From contig OY970176.1 of the NCBI GenBank assembly GCA_963707955.1, positions 1,568,001-1,632,000 of the forward strand: a DNA stretch of 64,000 nucleotides. Reading direction: 5' to 3'. A program made the translations under genes and the position numbers. The DNA is from Candidatus Bathyarchaeota archaeon (GTDB lineage Archaea > Thermoproteota > Bathyarchaeia > Bathyarchaeales > Bathycorpusculaceae). This document shows, in pieces, positions 10,171-19,891 of this stretch (position 1 is the stretch's first letter; each line of letters begins with the position of its first letter). The notes under the pieces were generated by a model. That model was given only the letters and a program-made list of their open reading frames with translations, ran no database searches and was not told where the DNA came from.

Positions 10171-11568
10171 CTATTTGCCCGCTATTTGGACACCCTCAAA
10201 TCTGATGTAAGGTGTTATGCATCTGCCGGAGATTTGGGCTTTCTGGGAGATGCCAGAGATTTGATTGAGCAGACCGCTTGCTTTGTGACCTTTCGTGTCT
10301 TGGCTGTCGAGCAGGAAGCCGTTGGTCTGGCCGCCTTTCAACGGTGTTGAGAGTTCTCCTTTCTTGATGAGGTACGCATTTCTGATTTCGGACCCGAAAG
10401 AGGTGGTAACAGAATCGGAAGAAGCGCTGGACAGTTGCTCGAGATAAACACCTTCTTTTGTTGTTTCTATCATCTCGTCTAAACTCATGTCTCCCGGTTC
10501 GACGAGAATATTCGTTGGCTGCACAGAAGGCAGCATTGCATACTTGAGGTCAACTCTGGTGAATGCAAGTGAAAACGCTGGGAGCTTTTGGCCGTTCCCT
10601 GTTGAGTCAACGTTAAACACGGCCGCATACATTGCGTCGTAGAGAAAACTCTTGTGTATTCCCTTTTCGATGAGGGTCGTTCTTGATTGGGGTGTTCCCT
10701 CATCGTCGAAGGTCGACGACCCAAGGGCGTAATCGAAGACTCCATCATCGTGGACGGTCAGTTCCCTAGAGCCTACTTGTTCTCCTATTTTGAACCTGGA
10801 GATTCCTCTGAAAACAGAGGATCCAAGACAGTGAAAGCCCACTGTGCTTGGAAGTATGTTTCCGAGGATTTGAGGAGGAAAGATAACCGCTGTCTTCATG
10901 GTTTTCGGAACCTTTGCCTTCAATGCGTCCTCAGCCAGCTTCACCCATTTTGGAATCTCCTCGTCTAGGTGCAAGTCATCTGCTCTTCTGACGAAACGCA
11001 TTGGCCAATACTCTGCAAGCTTTCCTTCCTGTTCCGCTTTTAACGCTAGCTCGATGTAGAAGAAGGTTTCTCTTTTCTCTGCGTGCACTCCCTCGCTGTT
11101 GCGGATCAGAGTCGACACGTTGTATGTTCGAACCTTCCCGAACGTTGGCAGAACCGTTTCTGACTTTCTTAGAAGTGAAATCAGTTCCTCAGTCTTGTCT
11201 TTGACGACTGTCTCGGCGTCTGAACTGATCTTGGGGTCGGCGACTTTCACTTTCGGATACTTTGCGGGTTTTGGCAGTGTGTAACCTGGGTATTCAGTGA
11301 TTCTGGCTCCGATGGAAGCAGTCTCTAGACATCTCCTTATGTGCGCGGGCCGCAGGGAATTTCCACTTCCGATGCCGATGCCGACTTTCTTGTCCTTTGG
11401 TTTTATCACTCTGACAGCGTATCCTGAGTTTGTTATCGGACCCCTCACAGTTTCGACGTCGAAGTTGCGGAGCTGAACATCGTATTCTTCAGCGTTTTCA
11501 ACGTAGATGTCCCATTGGCCGATGCGTTCTTCTCTCAGAATTTTCTGGATCGAGTCTATTTCGCTCAT
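10171..11568 (-). CDS. TldE/PmbA family protein
   Basis: FDDEGTP, TTLIEKG, STGNG; lacks HExxxH. Confidence 0.85.
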   Translation of the reverse strand: MSEIDSIQKILREERIGQWDIYVENAEEYDVQLRNFDVETVRGPITNSGYAVRVIKPKDKKVGIGIGSGNSLRPAHIRRCLETASIGARITEYPGYTLPKPAKYPKVKVADPKISSDAETVVKDKTEELISLLRKSETVLPTFGKVRTYNVSTLIRNSEGVHAEKRETFFYIELALKAEQEGKLAEYWPMRFVRRADDLHLDEEIPKWVKLAEDALKAKVPKTMKTAVIFPPQILGNILPSTVGFHCLGSSVFRGISRFKIGEQVGSRELTVHDDGVFDYALGSSTFDDEGTPQSRTTLIEKGIHKSFLYDAMYAAVFNVDSTGNGQKLPAFSLAFTRVDLKYAMLPSVQPTNILVEPGDMSLDEMIETTKEGVYLEQLSSASSDSVTTSFGSEIRNAYLIKKGELSTPLKGGQTNGFLLDSQDTKGHKASGLLNQISGISQKAQISGRCITPYIRFEGVQIAGK

Positions 11569-12908
11569 CCTTGGCCCACCACTGCTTCAGCTCGGATGTA
11601 AACGCCACCGTCTCCGACCGGTACCATATCTTCATAACCTTTACCGCAGGTTCCCTGCTCCATGTCAAACTGGTCCTTCTTTCCTACGGCGTCTATTGAC
11701 GCGATGAAATCAGGAACGTTTTCAGTCAGCGTAAGCATCGAAAGAACTCTGCCCACACTTCCTTTTTCTATTACGTAACCCTTTTTGGACTTCAGCTCCA
11801 TTCCGCCTGCAAGCGGGTCCTCCATTCCTGAAAAAGAGCGCACGAACATAACGCCGCAGTCAATCTCTTCTACCATCTCGTCAAAGCTGCAGTCGCCTGG
11901 CTCAACGTACGTGTTAGTCATGCGAACAAAGAGTTTGCGGAGAAAGTTTTCTCTTCTTCCATTCCCCGTTGGCTCAGCTTTCATCAAAGACGCTGAGTAT
12001 CTCTCGTGCAGAAAACCCTTGAGAATGCCGCTCTTCAAGATGTAGTTCTTCTTGCTTCTAATTCCTTCATCGTCAAAAAGGAAGGAGCCGTTTCCGCCCG
12101 GAAGCGTTCCATCGTCACAGATGTTCAGTTTCTCGAATCCGAGGCGCTTGCCAAAATACGGCACCAGATACGACCTTTTCCTCACAATTTGATCAGCTTC
12201 ACAACCATGCCCAAAGGATTCGTGCGCAAACGTCCCCGCCATCCCTGGGTCAAGAATCACCTTGAAATGTCCTGAGGGCGGAGCAGAAGCTTCTAAGAGG
12301 CTGATTGAACTGTCCACAGTTTCCTTCACAGACTTTTCTTCCAAGTCCTTCACGATTTCAAACCCTGCAGTTCCTCCAGTGGACAGATAATCATAATCCA
12401 TCTTGCCCGATTCTCTGACGATCGGTAAGATTTGAAGAGATATCCTCGGAACGACCTGCCGCAGCACACTGCCCTCAGTGTTTGCAAAAAGCCTTTCCAA
12501 CACGGTGTCCGAGTAGTGAACTCTTGCGTTTACAACCCTTTTGTCGTGGCTCACGGCTTCGTTGTGAAGCCTTCGAACGTGCTTTAGTTTCTCTTCAACA
12601 TCCACTTCAGAAGGGCTGATCTTTACGTTCAACTCGTCATCCAGTTCCCAAGGCCTGAGTTCCTGCAGTTTGACAGAGTTCCTAGACAGGGGTTCGAACC
12701 GGGCAAGTTTCCTCGCCATTTCCAGTACGTGCGCAGCGGAAAGATCGTAAGTGCTTGTCTCTCTCCATTGTCCCAGTTTGTAAGCCCTGAGAACAACGCC
12801 CTGAAAAGATGCAGGCGTCGAAACACGTTCCTCAGCATTATCTTTAGCTACAGAGACACCTTCAGCTCTTTCACAGAGTACATCCGCGTATTCAACACCT
12901 TTTTCCAT
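11565..12908 (-). CDS. tldD: TldD metalloprotease (true start probably further upstream)
   Basis: HESFGHGCEAD, DDEG, RMTNT, CGKG. Confidence 0.9.
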   Translation of the reverse strand: MEKGVEYADVLCERAEGVSVAKDNAEERVSTPASFQGVVLRAYKLGQWRETSTYDLSAAHVLEMARKLARFEPLSRNSVKLQELRPWELDDELNVKISPSEVDVEEKLKHVRRLHNEAVSHDKRVVNARVHYSDTVLERLFANTEGSVLRQVVPRISLQILPIVRESGKMDYDYLSTGGTAGFEIVKDLEEKSVKETVDSSISLLEASAPPSGHFKVILDPGMAGTFAHESFGHGCEADQIVRKRSYLVPYFGKRLGFEKLNICDDGTLPGGNGSFLFDDEGIRSKKNYILKSGILKGFLHERYSASLMKAEPTGNGRRENFLRKLFVRMTNTYVEPGDCSFDEMVEEIDCGVMFVRSFSGMEDPLAGGMELKSKKGYVIEKGSVGRVLSMLTLTENVPDFIASIDAVGKKDQFDMEQGTCGKGYEDMVPVGDGGVYIRAEAVVGQG

Positions 12909-13132
12909 CGCCTCAACTGCTTTGATTGACAGTTCCTTTGCCTGGTCAGAAGAGATTTTATCCGTGATGAAACCTCCCCGAGACTATGCACGATCGTGAA
13001 TTTAAGGAAATACGCGATATCACAAGGATGTCCTGAAGCACTCTAACTTCCCCTTCCTTCTCACTTTACGTTATTAGCTGCTGATACAAAATGTTGGGCT
13101 ATTAAACTTTAATTACCTCTGAGAAGGCTATA

Positions 13133-14059
13133 TTGACCTCTCTTGGAAACCTAAGGCGTATGAGCGCTCTTATCAGCAGATACTTGGCGCCGTTAATCGT
13201 AGTTCTAAGCATAGCGTTGGGCTTCTCTCTTCCGCAGGTCGGAGTGATTTGGAAACCGTACCTGTCTGTTCTGCTGATGTTCTTGATGTTCTTCGTCGCG
13301 TTAGGCATAGAACCGAATGAAATCGCACGTGCGACGAGGAATTATTCAGTCATAATGATGGGCTTGTTCACAGCGTTTGTCATGGTGCCTGTGCTGGCGC
13401 TTTCTGCAAAACCCTTTGTCTCATCCATCGTTTACGCTGGGATCATTCTCGCGCTCTGCTGCCCATCTGCGATCGTCTCTGCTTTTTGGGCCAAGGCTTT
13501 CAAAGGAGACGTCGCCACCGCCTTAGTCATGAGCATAACCACAAACCTGCTTTCTATAATCACAGTACCCGCAACAATGCTGATTGCTATCGGCACAGCC
13601 CTCAATGTTGGCATTGCAAGCATGATGTTGAATCTGGCAGAAATAATCTTGGTTCCATTGACCGCCTCCTTCCTAGTGAGGGAATTTGTCCACCTTGACT
13701 GGAACAGAGCCAGCCGTTACAGCTCCAAAGCTGAACTATGCATACTTGCTCTCATAGTTTGGGGGTCTATCGCGCCAGGAGTTGAATACGTCAGAAACAG
13801 CATTGCAGAATTTGTATTACTGAACGTTTTCATACTTGGAATACTTGTACTTGCGTGGACATTGACCCATTTTCTCACCAAGGGATTCGGACATAAAAAA
13901 GCGGTATCACTTGAGATTGCGACAACAGTAAAGAATGCGGCCCTCTCCTTGGTTGCTGGCCTTACAGCGTTTGGCCCGCAGTTTCTCCCACCTCTAATTG
14001 CAAATCTCATCGCGCAAAACCTGCTGCTCATCTCGGCGAAGGCACTGACAAAAGAATGA
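13133..14059 (+). CDS. Bile acid:sodium symporter (BASS) family
   Basis: Multi-TM; CCPSA, GDVATAL, EIATTVKNAA. Confidence 0.85.
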   Translation: MTSLGNLRRMSALISRYLAPLIVVLSIALGFSLPQVGVIWKPYLSVLLMFLMFFVALGIEPNEIARATRNYSVIMMGLFTAFVMVPVLALSAKPFVSSIVYAGIILALCCPSAIVSAFWAKAFKGDVATALVMSITTNLLSIITVPATMLIAIGTALNVGIASMMLNLAEIILVPLTASFLVREFVHLDWNRASRYSSKAELCILALIVWGSIAPGVEYVRNSIAEFVLLNVFILGILVLAWTLTHFLTKGFGHKKAVSLEIATTVKNAALSLVAGLTAFGPQFLPPLIANLIAQNLLLISAKALTKE

Positions 14060-14173
14060 CCAAGCGCACGCCATGCTGGCTCGCGAGCAACGCCAAAGAC
14101 AAAAAAAGAGATTGCAGGAGATGTCTTTTTTGATCTCTGAAAATGGTATATTGGGCTTCTCAGGTAATCATAT

Positions 14174-14584
14174 ATGAAGCCTCTATCATACGGTTGGCTG
14201 ATGCATATGAAGTCCAAATTTACATATGTTGGAATAAGAGTCACAAATCTGCAAAGGTCCATTGATTTTTACACGAAAGTGCTTGGCATGAGGGTTAAAG
14301 GTCGGGACAAGATTGACCAAACCAAAGGCGAAACCGTCGGCCTGGAAAGCGAGAAAGACGGTTTCACTTTGGAACTCAACTTTTACGAAAAAGACAGCCC
14401 GTTTAACACAAAATACGTTGTGGGAGAAGGGTTAGACCACCTTGCCTTCAACGTGGACAATCTAGATAAGGCCTTGGAAGAAGCGAAAAAAGCGGGATAC
14501 AAGACTATCCTAGAAATGAAAGCAGACGGCGGTCGATGGGCCTACATAGAAGACCCAGACGGAATCTGGGTCGAACTCTTCTAG
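14174..14584 (+). CDS. VOC/lactoylglutathione lyase family
   Basis: GIRVTNLQRSIDFYTKVLGM, LELN, DHLAF, EDPDGIWVEL; start may be a downstream ATG. Confidence 0.9.
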   Translation: MKPLSYGWLMHMKSKFTYVGIRVTNLQRSIDFYTKVLGMRVKGRDKIDQTKGETVGLESEKDGFTLELNFYEKDSPFNTKYVVGEGLDHLAFNVDNLDKALEEAKKAGYKTILEMKADGGRWAYIEDPDGIWVELF

Positions 14585-14812
14585 AACCTTAAAGCGAACC
14601 AGACCTCTAGTTCCCGTTATACGTCTTTGGTCCAACGCAAAAGAACTTCAATTTGCCGCGCCCATTTGCAGACGATGCCCTCGTGTTTTGCCACCTCCTA
14701 TCATTATATCAAGAAAAGCTTAGGCGCACTGGCTTGTTCCTAAATTCCCTTTTTCCAGTTGTGGAGCTGAGTTTTGCGATCCAAAATACACTCGCATGCA
14801 CGCTAATTGGGG

Positions 14813-15448
14813 CTACCAGTGTTTATGCCAAGCGCGGAAGAGAAAGGGCAAGCTTAGGTTTGCAAGTTTTTGAGCTGCGAGTGATAGAAATATTCCGCCA
14901 ACAACATCTGTCAAATAGTGTGCCTCGAGAATGACTCTGCTCAGAGAAACTATCGATATGGCTATTACCGCTAGCGATTGTCTGGTTTTGCTTCCCTTCG
15001 CCAGATTCAAGAATCCGCCTGTGGCTCTGGAGACATGGCCAGAAGGATATGAAAAGGAGGAAAAAAGGTTCTCATCATTGTCACTCATACCTGAACAGTT
15101 TGGTCTCGGACGCGCGAAAGCCACTTGTAAGAAGGAAGTAAGTGCTGTCGTTATAACCAAGAAAACCACAAGTTCAGTTGCGGAACCAAGATGTTTTCTT
15201 GACTTAAAACATGCGTAGAGCAAATAGACTGATGTGAGAACGGCCCAAAAGTAGAAATCACCTAGGTACGTCAAGACCTGGAAGGCTTGAAGCCCTATCG
15301 TTCTTTGGGTGAAATTGTGAAGGTCTAGTACAATTTTGCACTCTGGTTGATTCAACGGCAAGAAGACAACAAACAGGCCGATCACTATGGTTATGATTAG
15401 GTAGACAACCGTTAAGACGTAAGGTCTCTTCAAGCAGAAACTGTTCAT
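14813..15448 (-). CDS. PAP2 family phosphatase
   Basis: RPRP, SYPSGH, SRVILEAHYLTDVVGG. Confidence 0.9.
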   Translation of the reverse strand: MNSFCLKRPYVLTVVYLIITIVIGLFVVFLPLNQPECKIVLDLHNFTQRTIGLQAFQVLTYLGDFYFWAVLTSVYLLYACFKSRKHLGSATELVVFLVITTALTSFLQVAFARPRPNCSGMSDNDENLFSSFSYPSGHVSRATGGFLNLAKGSKTRQSLAVIAISIVSLSRVILEAHYLTDVVGGIFLSLAAQKLANLSLPFLFRAWHKHW

Positions 15449-15600
15449 ATGATCCTGCTCTTGGCAGAATGGCAGATTCGGGGTTTAAACATTTTCTCTT
15501 GGCTTGCGCGCGCTTACTTTTTGCAGAATAAACCTTCCAAGCAGTAGACTGTAAGTTTCTCTTTTTCTGCAAAATTCTCCTGCCATCAAGGTCGAAAACA

Positions 15601-15654
15601 TTTAGGTATGCCTAAAAGTTTATATGAGCCCGTGAGGAAGTTAGGTGTGCCTAA
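15601..15654 (+). promoter_or_regulatory. Two DtxR-type operators flanking a TATA box
   Basis: TTAGGTATGCCTAA 15602-15615, TTTATATG 15619-15626, TTAGGTGTGCCTAA 15641-15654. Confidence 0.85.
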
Positions 15655-15660
15655 AAAACG

Positions 15661-16386
15661 GTGAAACGAATGTCCAGCAAAAGCATTGAAGACTATCTGA
15701 AGGCGATTTACATTCTTTCTCTGAACGGAAAATCCACATCCACAACCGAGATTTCAGAACATTTGAATGTTGCCCCTGCAAGTGTTACGGAGATGCTGAA
15801 GAAGCTTGCCAAAAAGGGTTACGTGAGATATTCACCGTATCGCGGTGCCCAACTTACTCGCAAGGGTTTTCAAGTCGCCGAGAAAGTCACGAGAAAGCAT
15901 AGGCTGCTGGAACGGTTTCTGCATGATGTCCTAAGAATAAGGGAGGACAAAGTTCACTCAGAAGCATGCGAGATGGAACACGCTCTGTCTGATGAAGCGG
16001 AAGAGTCTCTTTGCCGGTTTCTCAAGCACCCTGACCTGTGTCCGGACGACAGCAAGATTATTCCAGCGTGCGATCTGCCCTTTTCGACGTGCGAGGAATG
16101 CATAGAACTGCACAAGAAGGATCTCGAGGAGTCAGGAAGACGCCAGCAGATCCCTGTCTCGATAAGCCAACTCAAGAAGGGCGAACGCGGCAAAGTATCC
16201 TTCATACGAGGAGAGCACAAGGTTCTGCAAAGGCTGTCTGACATGGGTCTAACCCCTGGCACAGAGGTGACTGTTGTGAAGTCAGCCCCGTTTCACGGTC
16301 CCCTAGAGATCCTCGTAAGAGGTTCAAGACTGGCCCTCGGCAGAGGCATGACCGAGATAATCTTCGTCGAGGCTGAAAAGGCGTGA
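15661..16386 (+). CDS. DtxR/IdeR family metal-dependent repressor with FeoA domain
   Basis: EDYLKAIY, PASVTEM, RKHRLLERFL, EACEMEH; C-terminal RLSDMGLTPG FeoA. Confidence 0.93.
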   Translation: MKRMSSKSIEDYLKAIYILSLNGKSTSTTEISEHLNVAPASVTEMLKKLAKKGYVRYSPYRGAQLTRKGFQVAEKVTRKHRLLERFLHDVLRIREDKVHSEACEMEHALSDEAEESLCRFLKHPDLCPDDSKIIPACDLPFSTCEECIELHKKDLEESGRRQQIPVSISQLKKGERGKVSFIRGEHKVLQRLSDMGLTPGTEVTVVKSAPFHGPLEILVRGSRLALGRGMTEIIFVEAEKA

Positions 16387-18314
16387 CCCAGAAGAAACTG
16401 ATCATCGCCTTGGCCGGAAACGCAAACGTCGGAAAATCCGTCATATTCAACTATTTGACCGGTTTGCATCAGCACATCGGGAACTGGCCTGGGAAAACCG
16501 TTGAAAGGGCAGAGGGAACCCTCAGCTTCAAAGGCTACACCATAGACATAGTTGATCTTCCAGGCATATACTCTCTTTCCACCTATTCTCTGGAGGAACT
16601 CGTATCCAGAAAATACATAGCGGTTGAGAGGCCCGACCTCGTGATAAATGTCGTGGATGCCTCGGTCCTCGAGAGAAACCTGTTCTTCACCCTGCAGTTG
16701 GTGGAACTCGAGACTCCAATGATCGTGGCTTTGAATCAGGTGGACATCGCTAAGAGGAAGGGCATAGAAATCGACACTGAGAAGCTGGAGCAGCTACTGG
16801 GAGTGCCAGTGGTACAAACCGTTGCCACAAAAGGAGTGGGCATATCTCAACTTCTGGAAATGGCGATTAAGGTCATCGAAAAGGGACAGACCACGAGACG
16901 CGAGGTGAGGTACGGGGAGGAAGTCGAAGAAAGAATTGCAAAGATCACCGAAGCGCTTCAAGGCGTTCAATTCTACTATCCGAGGAGATACGTGGCAATC
17001 AAACTGCTGGAGGGTGACGAGGAGATCGCAAGAGAGATCGCCAAACTGGCCCCTCAGGCTTTGAACACAGCAAAAGAGCTTGCTGGCGAAATCGAAAATC
17101 TCCACGGCCACGCGTGCTCAACTGTAATAACCTCCGAGCGGTACGAAGTCGCTGGCAGCGTTGCCCGACAAGCTCAGAACTCTGTGCCCCCGCTGAAACC
17201 AACTGCGCAGGAGAGACTTCACAACCTCACAACCCACAGAATCGCAGGATACCTAATCATGGTTTCTTCGCTGCTTCTGATTTTTTTCGCAATCTTCACC
17301 TTCGGGAATTACACCTCAGACCTTCTGAGCAACCTCCTTAACAGACTGGAGCCCCTGTCCACGAACCTGTTTGGAACAGGAATCGTGGGTAGCCTCGTCT
17401 GGGGCGGCGTCGCAGAGGGGCTCATAGCAGGCGTGACTGTGGCCCTGCCCTACATAATCCCGTTCTACATCATGCTGTACTTCCTAGAGGACTCAGGTTA
17501 CCTGAGCCGGATAGCCTTTCTCATGGACAACGCTATGCACAAGATAGGGCTGCACGGAAAAGCGTTCATTCCAATGATGCTTGGCTACGGCTGCAACGTT
17601 CCTGCGTGCCTCGGTTGTAGGATAATGGAAACGAAAAGAGAAAGGACCCTCGCCGCGTTTGTGACGACGCTCGTGCCGTGTGCCGCGCGCACGGTCATCA
17701 TACTGGGTCTTGTGGGACATTTCCTTGGTATTCAATGGGCCTTAGCCCTCTATGTCTTCAACTTGGTGGTCATCTTCGCGCTCGGACGGTTGGCTTTCAG
17801 AGTCATGCCAGGTGAGCCAACCGCTCTTATAATGGAGATGGCTGATTACAGGATGCCGCAACCTAAGACTGTGTTGAAGGAGACCTGGTTCAGGTTGGCC
17901 GAGTTCATAAAGATAGCTTTTCCATTGATAATTGCCGGGAGCCTTGTGATAAAGGCCGCGGATGTTTTTGGCTTGTTGAACCCAGTTGCAAACCTGCTCA
18001 GCCCCGTCACTGTCGCTTGGCTCGGATTGCCGGTTATCACGGGCATAACGTTGATATTCGGTGTGTTGAGGAAGGAGTTATCGCTGATTTTGCTGGCCGC
18101 CCTTCTTGCGCCGGTGGGCTTGCAGGCTTTGACGCCTATTCAGATGGTCGTCTTCACCCTGGTGGCAATGTTTTACATACCCTGTGTAGCGACTATCTCC
18201 GCCTTGGTCAGAGAGCTTGGCGGGAAGAAAGCCCTGTTCATAACTCTGTTTGAAATAGCTTTTGCAATAATTCTAGGCGGAGTCGCATTAAGAGTGCTGA
18301 CGCTGGTCACTTGA
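16383..18314 (+). CDS. feoB: Ferrous iron transporter FeoB
   Basis: [34 protein letters not shown]. Confidence 0.96.
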   Translation: MTQKKLIIALAGNANVGKSVIFNYLTGLHQHIGNWPGKTVERAEGTLSFKGYTIDIVDLPGIYSLSTYSLEELVSRKYIAVERPDLVINVVDASVLERNLFFTLQLVELETPMIVALNQVDIAKRKGIEIDTEKLEQLLGVPVVQTVATKGVGISQLLEMAIKVIEKGQTTRREVRYGEEVEERIAKITEALQGVQFYYPRRYVAIKLLEGDEEIAREIAKLAPQALNTAKELAGEIENLHGHACSTVITSERYEVAGSVARQAQNSVPPLKPTAQERLHNLTTHRIAGYLIMVSSLLLIFFAIFTFGNYTSDLLSNLLNRLEPLSTNLFGTGIVGSLVWGGVAEGLIAGVTVALPYIIPFYIMLYFLEDSGYLSRIAFLMDNAMHKIGLHGKAFIPMMLGYGCNVPACLGCRIMETKRERTLAAFVTTLVPCAARTVIILGLVGHFLGIQWALALYVFNLVVIFALGRLAFRVMPGEPTALIMEMADYRMPQPKTVLKETWFRLAEFIKIAFPLIIAGSLVIKAADVFGLLNPVANLLSPVTVAWLGLPVITGITLIFGVLRKELSLILLAALLAPVGLQALTPIQMVVFTLVAMFYIPCVATISALVRELGGKKALFITLFEIAFAIILGGVALRVLTLVT

Positions 18315-18939
18315 CAGCGCGTGCAGTTCATCTAGTCCCCTTGGATGTTTGTTCATCCAATCCACAGCAAACGATTCCGCTTTTGATTCTGTCGGAAACT
18401 CAGGCGATATTTTCTTTCTTTCATCATCCCGCGCGCTAAAAAGGAAAAGACAAATGGGTTATAGATGTCAAAACTGGAGAAAAACCGGGAATTGGAATCT
18501 GCAATTTTGAGAAAATGCTACAAGTGAAGGGATTCAACAAAGTAGTTTTTGCGCGCGCTTCATAACAATCAGAGTTCGTTCCATATGCGCTTTCTCTTGA
18601 ATCGAGTCTGCAAATTCGTTGAGTGAGTTCTGGTCAATCTCCATGGCTGACACCATATTATTGCTATGAACCTTTCCTTTTCAGAGTTTTGCATCCTCAA
18701 CAATTCGCGCGGTTTCGGGTCTTTTAGGTTTTACTGAGGGGTCTGTTAACTAGCAAGTCTTTTTCTGGAGCTATAACATACACGTCGCTTCAGTAAACAT
18801 GTGGGATAGCCTTGAGACATCTTAATCTGCACGTGGAAACGGCGTTGAACAGGAAACGGAAACCGTCGCGAGTCTGAAGCGACGCCAGCTATGCACAGCT
18901 ATATATTTCAGAGTCTAAGAATTCTAGTGAGGTTCAACT

Positions 18940-19711
18940 TTGCCCCTTCCACTGGTTGAGCGATCTAAGGAAGAGATAGCTAAAGCTATTCGAAAGAAAG
19001 TTGAAGCCATAAACAGGGTCAGAGGGATTCGCCACCTCGATGTTCGAATAAGTGGGAAAAGACTTGACGTGGATGTTCACGTGTTCTTGGACAATGACCT
19101 CAAAAGCGAGGATACGCACGGGGTTGCTCTTGACATTGAAAGAGTCGTGAGAAACGCATATCCCAATGCGCGGGTTTCAGTCGACACGGAACCTCTTGGA
19201 CCAGGCCAAAATGGTGTCTGGAAGGCCGTCAAGGATGCGGCGGAAGAAACACAGGGTTCAAGGGGCGTTCACAACATTCACATTCAAAGAATTGACGGAA
19301 AACTGTACGTCGATCTTCATCTGGAGGTAAGCGCGAACATGACAGTGAAAGAGGCGCACGATGTTGCTGAACAAGTCGAGGACAAGATAAGAGTAACGAA
19401 GCCAGAAATATCAGAAGTAACTGTTCACATTGAATCGGCATCAGACCGCATCTCAAGAGAGTTGGCAGGGGTCGAAACCGAGACTGGAATCATACATTAA
19501 GCATGTCGCCAAGCAATTTCCAGAAATCCAGAGTGTCTCAGGAATCGGGGTCCGTAAAGCTGGCGAGGGCATACACTTGACTCTTCAATGTCGTTTCGAG
19601 CCTGAACTTAGCATAAAAAAAGCGCATGAAGTCTCCAGCAAGCTGGAGAAAGCACTCAGAACTGCTTACCCTAAGATAACTAGGATAGATGTCCATGAAG
19701 AGCCGGCTTAG
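18940..19711 (+). pseudogene. Stand-alone triple CDF dimerization (ZT_dimer) domain protein, +1 frameshift at ~19483
   Basis: Three repeats (VDVHV..H..VSVDTEP; VDLHLEV..EAH..VTVHIES; IHLTL..KAH..IDVHEEP) split over ORFs 18940-19500 and 19430-19711. Confidence 0.75.
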
Positions 19712-19891
19712 GTCATACCGATTTTTCTTCAATGCTCTGCATCGTTGCGGGTTGCGAAATGCCTATATCTGTCTCTAGTCTTTAATGGAAGCTACAAGCC
19801 CTATTATGCGCGATAAGGTGGTTCTGATCGAGGCGGATTCAAGAATACGGCAAATGAGAAAACAATCGACGCACGCAAAGACTGCTGGTCT

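Noticed and set aside
18724-18737. Third DtxR box TTAGGTTTTACTGA
   Set aside because: Only one half-site matches well, and it is far from a promoter
19818-19891. Possible frameshifted 5' extension of mgtA
   Set aside because: The frame is open but lacks a start codon; cannot be distinguished from a genuine start at 19892
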